This document shows positions 39,119 through 48,909 of a stretch of DNA of 64,000 bases, piece after piece. The notes beneath the pieces are model-generated. The model had not been told where the DNA came from and searched no databases. It was given only the letters and a program-made list of their open reading frames with translations. The stretch lies in assembly GCA_037925075.1 (NCBI GenBank), contig JAXSNR010000002.1:320001-384000 (forward strand). The letters run 5' to 3'. The translations under genes were made by a program, and so were the position numbers. This stretch comes from Aquificaceae bacterium (lineage in GTDB: Bacteria > Aquificota > Aquificia > Aquificales > Aquificaceae). Every line of letters begins with the position of its first letter. Within the stretch, counting starts at the first letter, position 1.

Positions 39119-42100
39119 ATGTATCGCTTTTTTATACACAGGCCTGTTACCTCTTGGATGTTCATGATAGCCTTTATAATACTTGGGCTTTACTCTCTGA
39201 GAGTGATTCCCCTTGATAGGCTTCCCGATGTGGATTTTCCCACTGTTAGCATAGTAACCACCTATCCTGGCGCCAACGCCTATGTGGTGGATGTGAACGT
39301 CACCAGAAGAATAGAAGACCAGATAACCACCATAAGCGGTATAGAAACCATCTCCTCCACAAGCTTTGCGGGCACCTCAAGGATAACCATAACCTTTTCC
39401 CTTGAAAAGGACATAGATGTGGCGGCCCAAGAGGTCAGAGATGCGGTGCAAAGGGTCCTCAGAAGGCTTCCTGAGGGCGTGGACCCACCGGTGGTAAGAA
39501 AGGTGGATACCTCATTGGCTCCCGTTTTTGTAACACTTCTTCATTCAAAGACCGCGGACTACCAGACCCTTGCCTACTGGGCGGACAAGGTAATAAAGAG
39601 GGAGTTTGAAAGAATAAATGGTGTGGGGCAGGTGGATTTAGGAGGCTTTAGGGACAATGTGCTCTGGGTTCGCCTTGATCCAGAAAGGCTTTACTCAAGG
39701 GGGCTTGCAATCCAAGAAGTGCTGGAGTCCATCAATAAAAACAACCTTGAAGCACCAACGGGTACCATATACGGTAAAGACAGGGAGTACATAATAAGGC
39801 TCTACAGCAAAGTAAGAGAGGCCAAGGACTTGGAGAAGGTGTACATAAAAAACGGAGTAAGGCTACAAGATGTGGGCTTTGTGGAGTTTACCGAGGACGA
39901 AAGGAGAGGCATGGCAAGGTTCATGGGAGAGCAAGCCATAGCCCTTGTGGTCTATAAGCAGTCCAAGACCAACACGGTTGAGGTGGTGGATGCGGTAAAG
40001 GCAAAGATGGAGGAGCTAAACAGACAGCTACCACCGGGTATAAGGATGGACTACACCTTTGACTCTTCCATCTTTGTAAAAGACAGCGTGAAGGCCGCCA
40101 TAGAGGAGATAATATTCGGCAGTCTTCTAACCGCTTTGGTGGTCTACTTCTTTCTTGGAAGTTTTAGGCTTACCCTTGTGCCCATCTTTGCCATACCCAT
40201 AACCCTTCTTGGTACAGTGTTTTTCATCTACCAGCTTGGAAACTCTCTCAACACCTTTACCCTTCTTGCCCTTGCGGTCGCCGTGGGCATAGTCATAGAC
40301 GACGCCATAGTGGTCCTTGAAAGCATATACAGAAGAAGGTACGAAGAGGGGCTAAAAGCCCTTGACGCTGGAGAAGAGGGAACAAGGATAGTCATCTTTG
40401 CCCTTTTGGCTTCCACCGCCTCTTTGGTTATAGTCTTTTTACCCATCATATTCCTAAAAGGTGTGGTAGGCAAGCTCTTTGGAAGCTTTGCCCTGACCCT
40501 TACTATAGCCATTGCCCTCTCTTACCTTGTGGCGGTGAGCTTTACACCCATGGCGGTTTCAAGGCTTGTGGCAGGCCCACCTTCTACCAACCCCTTTGTA
40601 AGGGCCTATGAAAGGTTTGAAGCCCTTTTTGACAGGCTTTTAAGGTGGTCTCTTGACCACAAGGCAATCGTTATAGCCCTTTCTCTCTTTAGCGTTTTTG
40701 TGGGCTTTCAGCTTTTTAGGGCAACCAAGAAGGAGTTTTTCCCCATAGTGGATGAGGGCAGGTTCCTTGTTAGGTTCGAAACGCCCGTGGGCTCTTCCTT
40801 TGAATACACAGAAAAGAAAACTCGGGAGATAGAGGCTATACTTCTTAAAAACCCCTATGTGGACCGCTTTGGCCTTGCTATGGGTCAGGGAGTGGCTGGA
40901 AGGCCAGATGTAAACGGAGGTCTTGGCTTTGTTTACCTAAAGGAGGGCAAAAGACCCCATCAGGCAAAGGTCATGGAGATGGTAAGAGAAGAGCTAAGAA
41001 AGGTAAAAGACGTAAGGGTCAGCATTGAGCCTCCTGGTATTGTGGGACCCGGTGGTGGAAGGCAGGTGGACCTTCAGTATGCCATAAGGGGACCTTCTCT
41101 TGAGGAGCTTCAGAGCGTAACCAACAGGATGGTCGCAGAGTTTAGAAATAGACCGGGTTATAGGGATGTGGATACGGACCTAAGGCTTAACGAGCCACAG
41201 GTGCAGATAAAAGTGAAAAGGGAAAAGCTTGGAGACCTTGGAGTAAGCGTAGAAGATATGGCAATCACCCTTAATGTGCTTTTTGGTAAGTTTCAGCTTG
41301 GCACTTATGAGCTTGGTGCGGAGAGCTACGACCTATATGTAAAAGCTCTGCCAGAGTTTGTGCAGAATTCGGAAAACCTAAAAAAGGTCTTTGTGAGAAA
41401 CTTCAAAGGAGAGCTTGTACCTTTGACGGAGCTTGTGGAAATGGAGGTAGCGACAGGCTACAAGGCAATAAACCGATACAACAGACAGTATTCCTTTACC
41501 TTCTTTTCTAACCTCTCGCCGGAAAAACCCTTGGCAAGTGCGGTGGCTGAGGTGGAAGGTTGGCTAAGGAAAAACCTCCCACCGGGCTACACCTTTGAAC
41601 CTGTAGGACAGGCAAGGGAGTTTAAAAGAGCCTTTCAGGGACTTGGCTTTGCCCTTATCTTTGCCCTTGTGGGTGTGTATATGGTGCTTGCGTCCCTCTT
41701 TGAAAGCTACAGGCATCCCTTTACAGTCCTTCTCATGGTACCCCTTGCGGTCGCTGGAGCCTTTGGGCTTTTGCTTTTGACAAACACCTCCCTAAGCGTC
41801 CCCTCCTACTTTGGAGTAATCCTCCTTGTGGGCATAATAGTGCGCGATGCGGTACTTTTCATTGAAAGGATAATACAGTTAAGGAAAGAGGGCATGCAAA
41901 CCCGTCAGGCTATCCTTCAGGCAAGAAGGGAAAGGCTAAGGCCAATCCTTATGACCACCTTTACCATAGTTTCAGCTTTGACTCCCGTTGCCCTTGGGCT
42001 TACCGCCGGGTCAGAACTTAGAAAGCCCCTCGCCCTCGCGGTAATAGGTGGCATATTCACAGGGCTTCCCTTGAGCCTTTTCCTACTTCCCGTCCTTTAT

Positions 42101-42151
42101 GAACTCTTTGACAAGTTAAGCCTCAGGAAGTATCATAATAGAAAAACCTAA
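39119..42151 (+). CDS. RND efflux permease (AcrB/MdtB-like)
   Basis: FIHRPV, PDVDFP, GIVIDDAIVVLE, RLRPILMTT; 1010 aa. Confidence 0.93.
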   Translation: MYRFFIHRPVTSWMFMIAFIILGLYSLRVIPLDRLPDVDFPTVSIVTTYPGANAYVVDVNVTRRIEDQITTISGIETISSTSFAGTSRITITFSLEKDIDVAAQEVRDAVQRVLRRLPEGVDPPVVRKVDTSLAPVFVTLLHSKTADYQTLAYWADKVIKREFERINGVGQVDLGGFRDNVLWVRLDPERLYSRGLAIQEVLESINKNNLEAPTGTIYGKDREYIIRLYSKVREAKDLEKVYIKNGVRLQDVGFVEFTEDERRGMARFMGEQAIALVVYKQSKTNTVEVVDAVKAKMEELNRQLPPGIRMDYTFDSSIFVKDSVKAAIEEIIFGSLLTALVVYFFLGSFRLTLVPIFAIPITLLGTVFFIYQLGNSLNTFTLLALAVAVGIVIDDAIVVLESIYRRRYEEGLKALDAGEEGTRIVIFALLASTASLVIVFLPIIFLKGVVGKLFGSFALTLTIAIALSYLVAVSFTPMAVSRLVAGPPSTNPFVRAYERFEALFDRLLRWSLDHKAIVIALSLFSVFVGFQLFRATKKEFFPIVDEGRFLVRFETPVGSSFEYTEKKTREIEAILLKNPYVDRFGLAMGQGVAGRPDVNGGLGFVYLKEGKRPHQAKVMEMVREELRKVKDVRVSIEPPGIVGPGGGRQVDLQYAIRGPSLEELQSVTNRMVAEFRNRPGYRDVDTDLRLNEPQVQIKVKREKLGDLGVSVEDMAITLNVLFGKFQLGTYELGAESYDLYVKALPEFVQNSENLKKVFVRNFKGELVPLTELVEMEVATGYKAINRYNRQYSFTFFSNLSPEKPLASAVAEVEGWLRKNLPPGYTFEPVGQAREFKRAFQGLGFALIFALVGVYMVLASLFESYRHPFTVLLMVPLAVAGAFGLLLLTNTSLSVPSYFGVILLVGIIVRDAVLFIERIIQLRKEGMQTRQAILQARRERLRPILMTTFTIVSALTPVALGLTAGSELRKPLALAVIGGIFTGLPLSLFLLPVLYELFDKLSLRKYHNRKT

Positions 42152-42164
42152 GGAGGTGAGAGCC

Positions 42165-42461
42165 ATGCCAGTGTATGTGATGCTTACCACCCTAACCGAT
42201 GAGGGCATGAAGACCCTCAAGCACAGACCAGATAGGATAAAGGAGGTGGATAAGGAGGTTATGGAACGTTTTGGTGTGAAGGTGCTTGCCCAGTATGTGG
42301 TGATGGGACCCTATGACTTTGTGAATATCCTTGAAGCACCCGATAACGACACCATAATTAAGATGGCTGTAGAACTCGGCTCAAGGGGTACCATAAGGAC
42401 CCTAACCATGCCCGCCATTGATGTGGAGCAGTTTATAAAGGACCTGAAGGAGCTAAGCTAA
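42165..42461 (+). CDS. GYD-domain protein
   Basis: MPVYVML..TDEG, MGPYDFV; strong SD AAGGAGGTG. Confidence 0.75.
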   Translation: MPVYVMLTTLTDEGMKTLKHRPDRIKEVDKEVMERFGVKVLAQYVVMGPYDFVNILEAPDNDTIIKMAVELGSRGTIRTLTMPAIDVEQFIKDLKELS

Positions 42462-42468
42462 AGCCCTT

Positions 42469-42816
42469 ATGGAGCACAGTCTCAGGGCATTTCTTGATAT
42501 AACCCTAAGGTACACGGACCTCAAGTGGGCAAAAAGTAGAGATGACCTTATAAGCAGGGTTATAAAGGCCCTGAGGGCTTTTAGAGAAGGTAAAAGCCTT
42601 GAGGAGGTAAAAGGCACAAAGGAGCTGAGCTTTGAAATAGAGGATACCCTCCCACTTCTTCACTCTTTTGTAAAGGAGCATCCAGAGTATGTGGAAAGGC
42701 TTATAGAGCTACTTGGCATGTTCATAAAGTCTCCAGCACCCTGTAAAATAAGACTTATAAACTTTGCGGAGGCTTTGCTTGAAGATAGGAGAGTATCTAA
42801 GGCAGGGAAAGTTTAG
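42469..42816 (+). CDS. Hypothetical protein
   Basis: 115-aa ORF with host codon bias, overlapping the metF start. Confidence 0.6.
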   Translation: MEHSLRAFLDITLRYTDLKWAKSRDDLISRVIKALRAFREGKSLEEVKGTKELSFEIEDTLPLLHSFVKEHPEYVERLIELLGMFIKSPAPCKIRLINFAEALLEDRRVSKAGKV

Positions 42817-43666
42817 CGTATCCTTTGAGTTCTTCCCTCCAAAGACGCCAGAGGGAGAAGAGGAGCTTTTCCAAACTATAAAGAGCCTTAGGCACCTAAA
42901 GCCCACCTTTGTGTCCGTTACCTACGGAGCGGGTGGTAGCACAAGGGACAGGACGCGTAAGATAGTGGAAAGAATACACAGGGAGACGGAGCTTACGGTT
43001 ATGGCTCATCTGACCTGCATAGCCCACACAAGGGAGGAGATCTTTGAAATACTCAAAGGCTATGCGGATATGGGAATAGAAAATATTCTGGCTTTAAGGG
43101 GGGATGTGCCCGCAAACATGCCAGACTTTAAGCCTCCAGAGGGTGCATGTAAGCACGGCTATGAACTGGTTAGGTTCATAAGGGAAAACTTTGGCAGGCA
43201 TTTTTCCATAGGCGTTGCCTCTTACCCAGAAGGGCATCCAGAGTCTCCCAATATGGAGTGGGAGATAAGGTACTTTAAGCAAAAGGTGGAGGCGGGTGCG
43301 GACTTTTCCATAACCCAGATGTTCTTTGATAACTCCTACTTTTACAAGTTTTTGGAGCTTTGCCAAAAATCTGGCATAGACATTCCCATCATCCCGGGCA
43401 TAATGCCCATCACCAACTTCCGACAGATTCAGAAGTTTGCCAGCATGTGCGGTACGGAAATACCTCAAAGCCTTGTGGAAAAACTTGAGCCTTACGCAGA
43501 CAACCCTGAGGAAACCCTAAAGATAGGTGTGGAGTTTGCCATAGAGCAGTGCCTTGACCTTTTGGAAAAGGGCGTGCAAGGACTACACTTTTATACCCTA
43601 AACAAGTCAAAGGCTACTCTCCTAGTTTATGAAGGCATAAGCGGTGCCTTAAAGCATGAAGGTTAA
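42779..43666 (+). CDS. metF: 5,10-methylenetetrahydrofolate reductase
   Basis: [47 protein letters not shown] start after GGAGG. Confidence 0.95.
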   Translation: MKIGEYLRQGKFSVSFEFFPPKTPEGEEELFQTIKSLRHLKPTFVSVTYGAGGSTRDRTRKIVERIHRETELTVMAHLTCIAHTREEIFEILKGYADMGIENILALRGDVPANMPDFKPPEGACKHGYELVRFIRENFGRHFSIGVASYPEGHPESPNMEWEIRYFKQKVEAGADFSITQMFFDNSYFYKFLELCQKSGIDIPIIPGIMPITNFRQIQKFASMCGTEIPQSLVEKLEPYADNPEETLKIGVEFAIEQCLDLLEKGVQGLHFYTLNKSKATLLVYEGISGALKHEG

Positions 43667-43865
43667 GGTAAGCTACAGAGGGCAGAGCCTTGAGTTGGAG
43701 TTTGAGGGAAAGGAGGTAAGGGCGGGAGAAGTTTTAAAGGCTCTTGGGCTTTCAAGGGAGTACGCCTTTGTGGCAAGAGGAGATGAGATATTGGATGAAA
43801 GGGAACTCATAAGGGATGGGGAGCACCTAAGGGTCATAAACGCCATATCTGGTGGCTATATTTAA
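43656..43865 (+). CDS. ttuB: Ubiquitin-like sulfur carrier (TtuB/MoaD/ThiS family)
   Basis: 69 aa ending NAISGG-YI; directly upstream of ttuA. Confidence 0.75.
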   Translation: MKVKVSYRGQSLELEFEGKEVRAGEVLKALGLSREYAFVARGDEILDERELIRDGEHLRVINAISGGYI

Positions 43866-43869
43866 AAGA

Positions 43870-44787
43870 ATGCGTAGGTGTCAGAAGTGTGGGCAAAAGG
43901 CTAATGTATATCTTCCTCAGCACAGGCTTTCCCTTTGTAAAAACCACTACATAGAGTGGTATCTCAAGAGGGTGGAAGCCACCATAAGGGAGTTTGGGAT
44001 GTTTGGAAAGGGGGAGAAGGTCCTTGTCGCTGTATCTGGTGGAAAGGATAGCCTTTCCCTTTGGGACGCCTTGCATAAGCTGGGTTATAAGGCGGATGGC
44101 CTTTACATAAACCTTGGCATAGGTGAGTATTCTCAAAGGTCAAAGGCTTTATGCGAAAGGTTCGCCAAAGAGAGAGGTCTTGAGCTTCATGGGGTGGAGC
44201 TAAGCAAAGAGATTGCGACAATCCCTGAGATAAAAAGGGTGGAAAATAGGCCCGCCTGTTCCTTCTGCGGACAGCTAAAAAGGTACTACATGAACCGCTT
44301 TGCCAAGGAAAAGGGCTACAGAGTAATAGCGACAGGGCATAACCTTGACGATGAAAGTGCTACGCTTTTTTCCAACGTGCTCAGTTGGAACATGGGCTAT
44401 CTTTCGAGACAGTTTCCGGTGCTTTCCGAGGGTGATGGCTTTGTAAAAAAGGTAAAGCCCCTTGTGAAGTTCACAGAAAAGGAAAACGCCCTGTATGCCT
44501 TTCTTTCTGGTATTGAGTATGTGGAAGAGGAGTGCCCCTTTTCAGAAGGTGCAAGCTCCATAGAGTACAAAAAGATACTATCAGAGTTAGAAGAAAAAAG
44601 CCCGGGAACAAAGCTAAGGTTTTACATGGATTTTCTGAGAAGACTTCACCCCATACTACAGTCTGAAAAGGTCCATCTGAGGCCTTGTAGTGTATGCGGA
44701 GAGCCCACCACCGCGGAGGTATGTTCCCTTTGTAGGCTAAGAGAAAGGCTTAGCTCAAGGCTTTTGTCATCCTCACCCAGTAATTAA
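43870..44787 (+). CDS. ttuA: tRNA 2-thiolation enzyme TtuA/Ncs6 family
   Basis: N-terminal Zn finger CQKC..CKNH, PP-loop SGGKDS, CSFC, GHNLDD, ECP, C-terminal CSVC..CSLC. Confidence 0.85.
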   Translation: MRRCQKCGQKANVYLPQHRLSLCKNHYIEWYLKRVEATIREFGMFGKGEKVLVAVSGGKDSLSLWDALHKLGYKADGLYINLGIGEYSQRSKALCERFAKERGLELHGVELSKEIATIPEIKRVENRPACSFCGQLKRYYMNRFAKEKGYRVIATGHNLDDESATLFSNVLSWNMGYLSRQFPVLSEGDGFVKKVKPLVKFTEKENALYAFLSGIEYVEEECPFSEGASSIEYKKILSELEEKSPGTKLRFYMDFLRRLHPILQSEKVHLRPCSVCGEPTTAEVCSLCRLRERLSSRLLSSSPSN

Positions 44788-45211
44788 ACCTGTCCTTTTC
44801 TTCAAAGCCAAGCCTTTTGTAAAAATCCATAGCTTGCTTGTTTTCGTCACCTACCCAAAGCTCTGCGGTGTCAAGCCCCCTGCCTTTGAAGTATTCCAAA
44901 GCCTTATCCACAAGAGCCTTGCCAATGCCCCTGTTTCTGTATTCGGGAAGAACCACAAGCTCATGGAGAGCCCCCACCACCTTGCCCTCCCTCTTACTAA
45001 ACCAGTTTCCATCGCTTGCAACAAAGCCCACAATTTTTCCATCTTCCTCCGCAAGCCATATACCCGCCACATCCCTTCTGAAAAGCCAGTTAAGGTATGC
45101 CTGCACATCGTCAGGATGCGTGTAGGAGTACTCTTCAAGCCCCCTATAGCCTTGAAGGTAGACATCCACCAAGTCTTTTATATCCTTCTCTTCCGCTCTT
45201 CTTATAATCAT
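44750..45211 (-). CDS. GNAT N-acetyltransferase
   Basis: VLPEYRNRGIGKAL, NKQAMDFYKRLGF. Confidence 0.88.
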   Translation of the reverse strand: MIIRRAEEKDIKDLVDVYLQGYRGLEEYSYTHPDDVQAYLNWLFRRDVAGIWLAEEDGKIVGFVASDGNWFSKREGKVVGALHELVVLPEYRNRGIGKALVDKALEYFKGRGLDTAELWVGDENKQAMDFYKRLGFEEKDRFNYWVRMTKALS

Positions 45212-45813
45212 GGTTTGACAACTCTCGCACCTTCCGGAATTTTTACCCTAAAGAGGTTATCTGATGGTGTAAAGTTTGTCGCTACGCTAATAAACTCTAT
45301 GGTAGTACTTATGCCCCCCTTTTCTTCAACTTTGATGCTCTTTATATCACCTCTTGGAGAAACCTCCACAAGCACCCTTGAAAAATACTCATCCTTAACC
45401 TTTGGCTTTAGTATAAAGGTTTTTCCCCTTGAGCTTTCCATCTCACCCACAAGCTCAAAAACCTCAGAAAGACTCTTGGATACAAGGAAGAGAGCCTCCA
45501 CCACTGGCGAGCTGTTTCTTTCAATACGATCAAGAAAGACGGTCCTATCCTTTGGAGTGTAAACCATCACCTGAAAGCCATCGGAGACTATAAGGGTATT
45601 TTCTGGTTGCTCATACTCTATCCTGAACTTCCCACCCCTTTGGGCGTAAAAGGTGCCCTTTGACATATCAGGTTTAGACTGCCACGGATACTGAACGCGT
45701 TGAACGAAAATCACTCTGATGCTTCTTATCTCCTCAAGCTTTTTTTGAAAATCTTCAAAGGACTGAGCCAGCAGAGTGGATACGGTCAAGAAAAAAAGCA
45801 GAAGCACTTTCAT
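45208..45813 (-). CDS. lolA: Outer-membrane lipoprotein carrier LolA
   Basis: Signal peptide, FVQ, GKFRIEYEQP, IVSDG, LFRVKIPEG. Confidence 0.85.
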   Translation of the reverse strand: MKVLLLFFLTVSTLLAQSFEDFQKKLEEIRSIRVIFVQRVQYPWQSKPDMSKGTFYAQRGGKFRIEYEQPENTLIVSDGFQVMVYTPKDRTVFLDRIERNSSPVVEALFLVSKSLSEVFELVGEMESSRGKTFILKPKVKDEYFSRVLVEVSPRGDIKSIKVEEKGGISTTIEFISVATNFTPSDNLFRVKIPEGARVVKP

Positions 45814-46895
45814 AGCTTATGAAACCTCCTGAGAAAGGACAGTATAACCTCATACCATATGGCCACATGGTCCCAGCTTATGGCATCGTAGCTATCGTAA
45901 GGGGTATGCCTAATGGTAAAAGGGTGAGAGCTTAAAAATAGGGTCTGGACACCGAGCTCCTTAAAGGGTATGTGTTCTCCGTCCCTTTCTTCCACCTTGC
46001 AAAAATCCACATCCACTCCCATATCTCGTAAATGTCTGTAAAACATCTCGTTTATCCTCTCTCCGTTGTACCCTCCCATGTCCTTGTAGATCACCGCGGG
46101 GTTGTACCATCCTATACCCTCAAGGTTTATGCAGTAAAAAACGTGTTTTAGACTATTCCTCAGGTGAAACTTGATACCTTCCATACCAAGCTCTCTTGCG
46201 TCGGTGATGAGAAACCTAAGCCTATACGGAGTACTGTAGCCTTCTTTAAGCTCCTCAAAGAGGAAAAGCAAAAGAAGAAAGCCTACACCGTTGCCCATGG
46301 CTCCGTATGTACCCGCCACCGTATCCATGTGAGAAACCAAGTAGATTATTGGACCTCTTCCTATCTCCATAAGAAAGTTTACACCTTGTATAAGCTTCTC
46401 GCTTGATTTTACTACGAGATGCACCTCAGAATCTTCAACCTTAGGCACATCCTCCCTCCTTATGCTGATTATGGGTATGCTTACACCCATATGGTGGCCA
46501 TACACATAGGCGTCCGCTTTATCTTCAGATCTGTAGGTAATCACAGCAATGGCACCCCTTTCCTGAGCTTGAAGAGCTTTTTCCTTTGTCAAGTTGGGTA
46601 CTAAGGCTATATCACCTTCAAGGTATTCCCTCTTTACGTACGCTTTCCTATCAATGGAGCTACTGCCCAGGTAGGCAACTCCTTTTATTTTCTCCCCTTC
46701 CACATCTATCCATGCCTCCTCGGGTATAGCTTTTCTTACAGAAAAGACTTCCTTCTTGTAGCTAGCGGATGCGTACTCAAGAAAGGACTCTATAAACTTA
46801 CGAGCTTTTAGGTTTCCCTCCGTACCCGTGAGCCTGTTGTAGCTGAAAAGCTTGTAGGCGAAATCCCTGAAAAAATCTAACCTTTCACCTTTCAT
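45810..46895 (-). CDS. M28 peptidase-like protein with PA domain, degenerate active site
   Basis: RLTGTEG, AQERGAIAVI, SHMDT, INLEG, EHIPF, HTPYD. Confidence 0.65.
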   Translation of the reverse strand: MKGERLDFFRDFAYKLFSYNRLTGTEGNLKARKFIESFLEYASASYKKEVFSVRKAIPEEAWIDVEGEKIKGVAYLGSSSIDRKAYVKREYLEGDIALVPNLTKEKALQAQERGAIAVITYRSEDKADAYVYGHHMGVSIPIISIRREDVPKVEDSEVHLVVKSSEKLIQGVNFLMEIGRGPIIYLVSHMDTVAGTYGAMGNGVGFLLLLFLFEELKEGYSTPYRLRFLITDARELGMEGIKFHLRNSLKHVFYCINLEGIGWYNPAVIYKDMGGYNGERINEMFYRHLRDMGVDVDFCKVEERDGEHIPFKELGVQTLFLSSHPFTIRHTPYDSYDAISWDHVAIWYEVILSFLRRFHKL

Positions 46896-47802
46896 AAACG
46901 GGCGTTAGCCAACCAAGATACCTATCTATCATGCCTCTTACCGCACGGAAGTATATATCTTGAAGTTCTTTTGTTATAGCACCCACCTCACCGCCACCCA
47001 CCTTTCTGTTGTCCACCTCCACCACTGGAGTTATCTCCGCGGCGGTTCCCGTCAGAAATACCTCATCCGCCACATAAAGCTCACTTCTTGCGACTGGACG
47101 CTCTTCCACTTCTATGATGAGCTCATTTTTCAGAAGCTTTTTCACCGCAGACCTTGTTATGCCCTCAAGTATGTGTTCAGAGTAAGAGGGTGTTATGGCT
47201 TTGCCCTCTCTTATTAAAAAGATGTTCTCTCCAGAGCCTTCCGCGATAAAACCATGCTGGTTTAACATAATAGCCTCATCATAGCCTGCCAAAAGAGCCT
47301 CCGTTTTTGCCAAAGCACTGTTTACATAGGCACCTGCCACCTTCCACCTTGAAGGTATGGAGTTATCGTCGTTGCGCCTCCAAGAGGAAACCTTTACCCT
47401 TATTCCCTTTGAAGTGTTTAGATACCTCCCAAAGTTGTAGGTGTATATGGCAATCTCTGGTGTGTAATCTATGAGCTTTGGAGTTAGCTTGAGGTCCTTG
47501 AAATAAACTATAGGCCTTATGTACACATCTTCTCTTATCTGGTTTTTTCTAAGAAGCTCTACGGTGATATTTACCAGGTCTTCCACGCTGTAAGGAAGCT
47601 CCATAAACATAGCCTTACAGTTTCTAAGAAGTCTTTGGTAGTGTTCTTTTGCAAAGAGTATATAGAGTTGCCCTTGGCTCTCGTTCCAATATGCCCTTAT
47701 GCCTTCAAAGATGGCTGTGCCGTAGTGAAAGGAGTTGGTCTTTATGTTTATGTTGGCTTTTTCTATGGGGACAAAGCTACCTTCAAAAAAGGCATATTCC
47801 AT
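46885..47802 (-). CDS. ilvE: Branched-chain amino acid aminotransferase
   Basis: FHYGTAIFEGIRAY, YIRP, KVAGAY, EGSGENIF, LEGITR, GTAAE; start ATG 47802. Confidence 0.93.
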   Translation of the reverse strand: MEYAFFEGSFVPIEKANINIKTNSFHYGTAIFEGIRAYWNESQGQLYILFAKEHYQRLLRNCKAMFMELPYSVEDLVNITVELLRKNQIREDVYIRPIVYFKDLKLTPKLIDYTPEIAIYTYNFGRYLNTSKGIRVKVSSWRRNDDNSIPSRWKVAGAYVNSALAKTEALLAGYDEAIMLNQHGFIAEGSGENIFLIREGKAITPSYSEHILEGITRSAVKKLLKNELIIEVEERPVARSELYVADEVFLTGTAAEITPVVEVDNRKVGGGEVGAITKELQDIYFRAVRGMIDRYLGWLTPVYER

Positions 47803-48501
47803 GGCAATATAAATTATAGCAGATTGAGGGTTAAAAGCTTCAAAATTGCCAATGTTGGGATGGATTTGTCGTTGATGCACTTTATCCTAAAACCCCGTGT
47901 ATCCCAGAGCAAGTGTCAATTAGGTGAAAAAGAAGCAGGTAGGCTATAAATGTTTTCAAAAGGTTTTTAACCAAAAGCTTTCTGAGGCATATTAAAACAG
48001 CCAGAACAAAAACAGCCTCGTAGACGGAAAAGCCTTTTCATTTCTTTTGTACCCTATTTTTATCGGAAAAACTCGGACCTTACAGACCTAAGCCAGAGGG
48101 CAAAAAAGCAAAGAAAAACAAGTCCAATTAGCAATTTACTTCCTCAAGTCCTATTAGGAGATGGTAGTCAAGCTAAATCCATACCCCCATCCATGAACTA
48201 AGCCACCCAATGGGACAATAAGCAATGACAGAATCCTGTTTTCCTATGAAATTTTTTAGGTAGTGTTTTACCAGTTTTAGACTCCTACTGATACATCTTT
48301 AAGCATCCAGAATCTCTTTCCCCTTTGAAGCCAGCATATTGTGTCCAACGGGCAACCCCCATAGCCCCATCAAGTCCTAAGCTAATCAACAGGAAAAAAT
48401 TACCTTCCCTTCCTGCTGTATGATTAATTGAGTACTAATAAGGGTCTTGAAGTTTATAAGCTTTACACTATATTTTTACCTTCTACTAGTCGGAGGAAAA
48501 C

Positions 48502-48909
48502 ATGCAAAGGTTTATGCTAAAGTCAAAGGTGCACAGAGCAAGGATAACGGGTGCGGAGCTTCACTATGAGGGAAGCCTTTCCCTAGACCTTGCCCTTATG
48601 GAGGCGGCAAACCTTCTGCCCTTTGAAAAGATAGAGGTGTACAACGTAAGCAACGGGGCGCGCTTTTCCACCTATGTGATACCAGCTCCAAGATACTCGG
48701 GTGAGGTCAGGCTCAACGGTGCTGCCGCAAGGCTGGGTGCGGTAGGTGATATAGTGATAATAGCCTCCTACGGCATTTATTCTGAAAAGGAGCTTGAAAC
48801 CTACAAACCTTTTCTTGTGTATGTGGACGAAAGCAACCAGATAAGGGAAGTAAGAAGGGAGATGATTATAGAGGGTGTAGGAAGCCTTTATGATTGGCAA
48901 AGTTTTTAG
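48502..48909 (+). CDS. panD: Aspartate 1-decarboxylase
   Basis: [13 protein letters not shown] self-cleavage site, [14 protein letters not shown]. Confidence 0.95.
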   Translation: MQRFMLKSKVHRARITGAELHYEGSLSLDLALMEAANLLPFEKIEVYNVSNGARFSTYVIPAPRYSGEVRLNGAAARLGAVGDIVIIASYGIYSEKELETYKPFLVYVDESNQIREVRREMIIEGVGSLYDWQSF

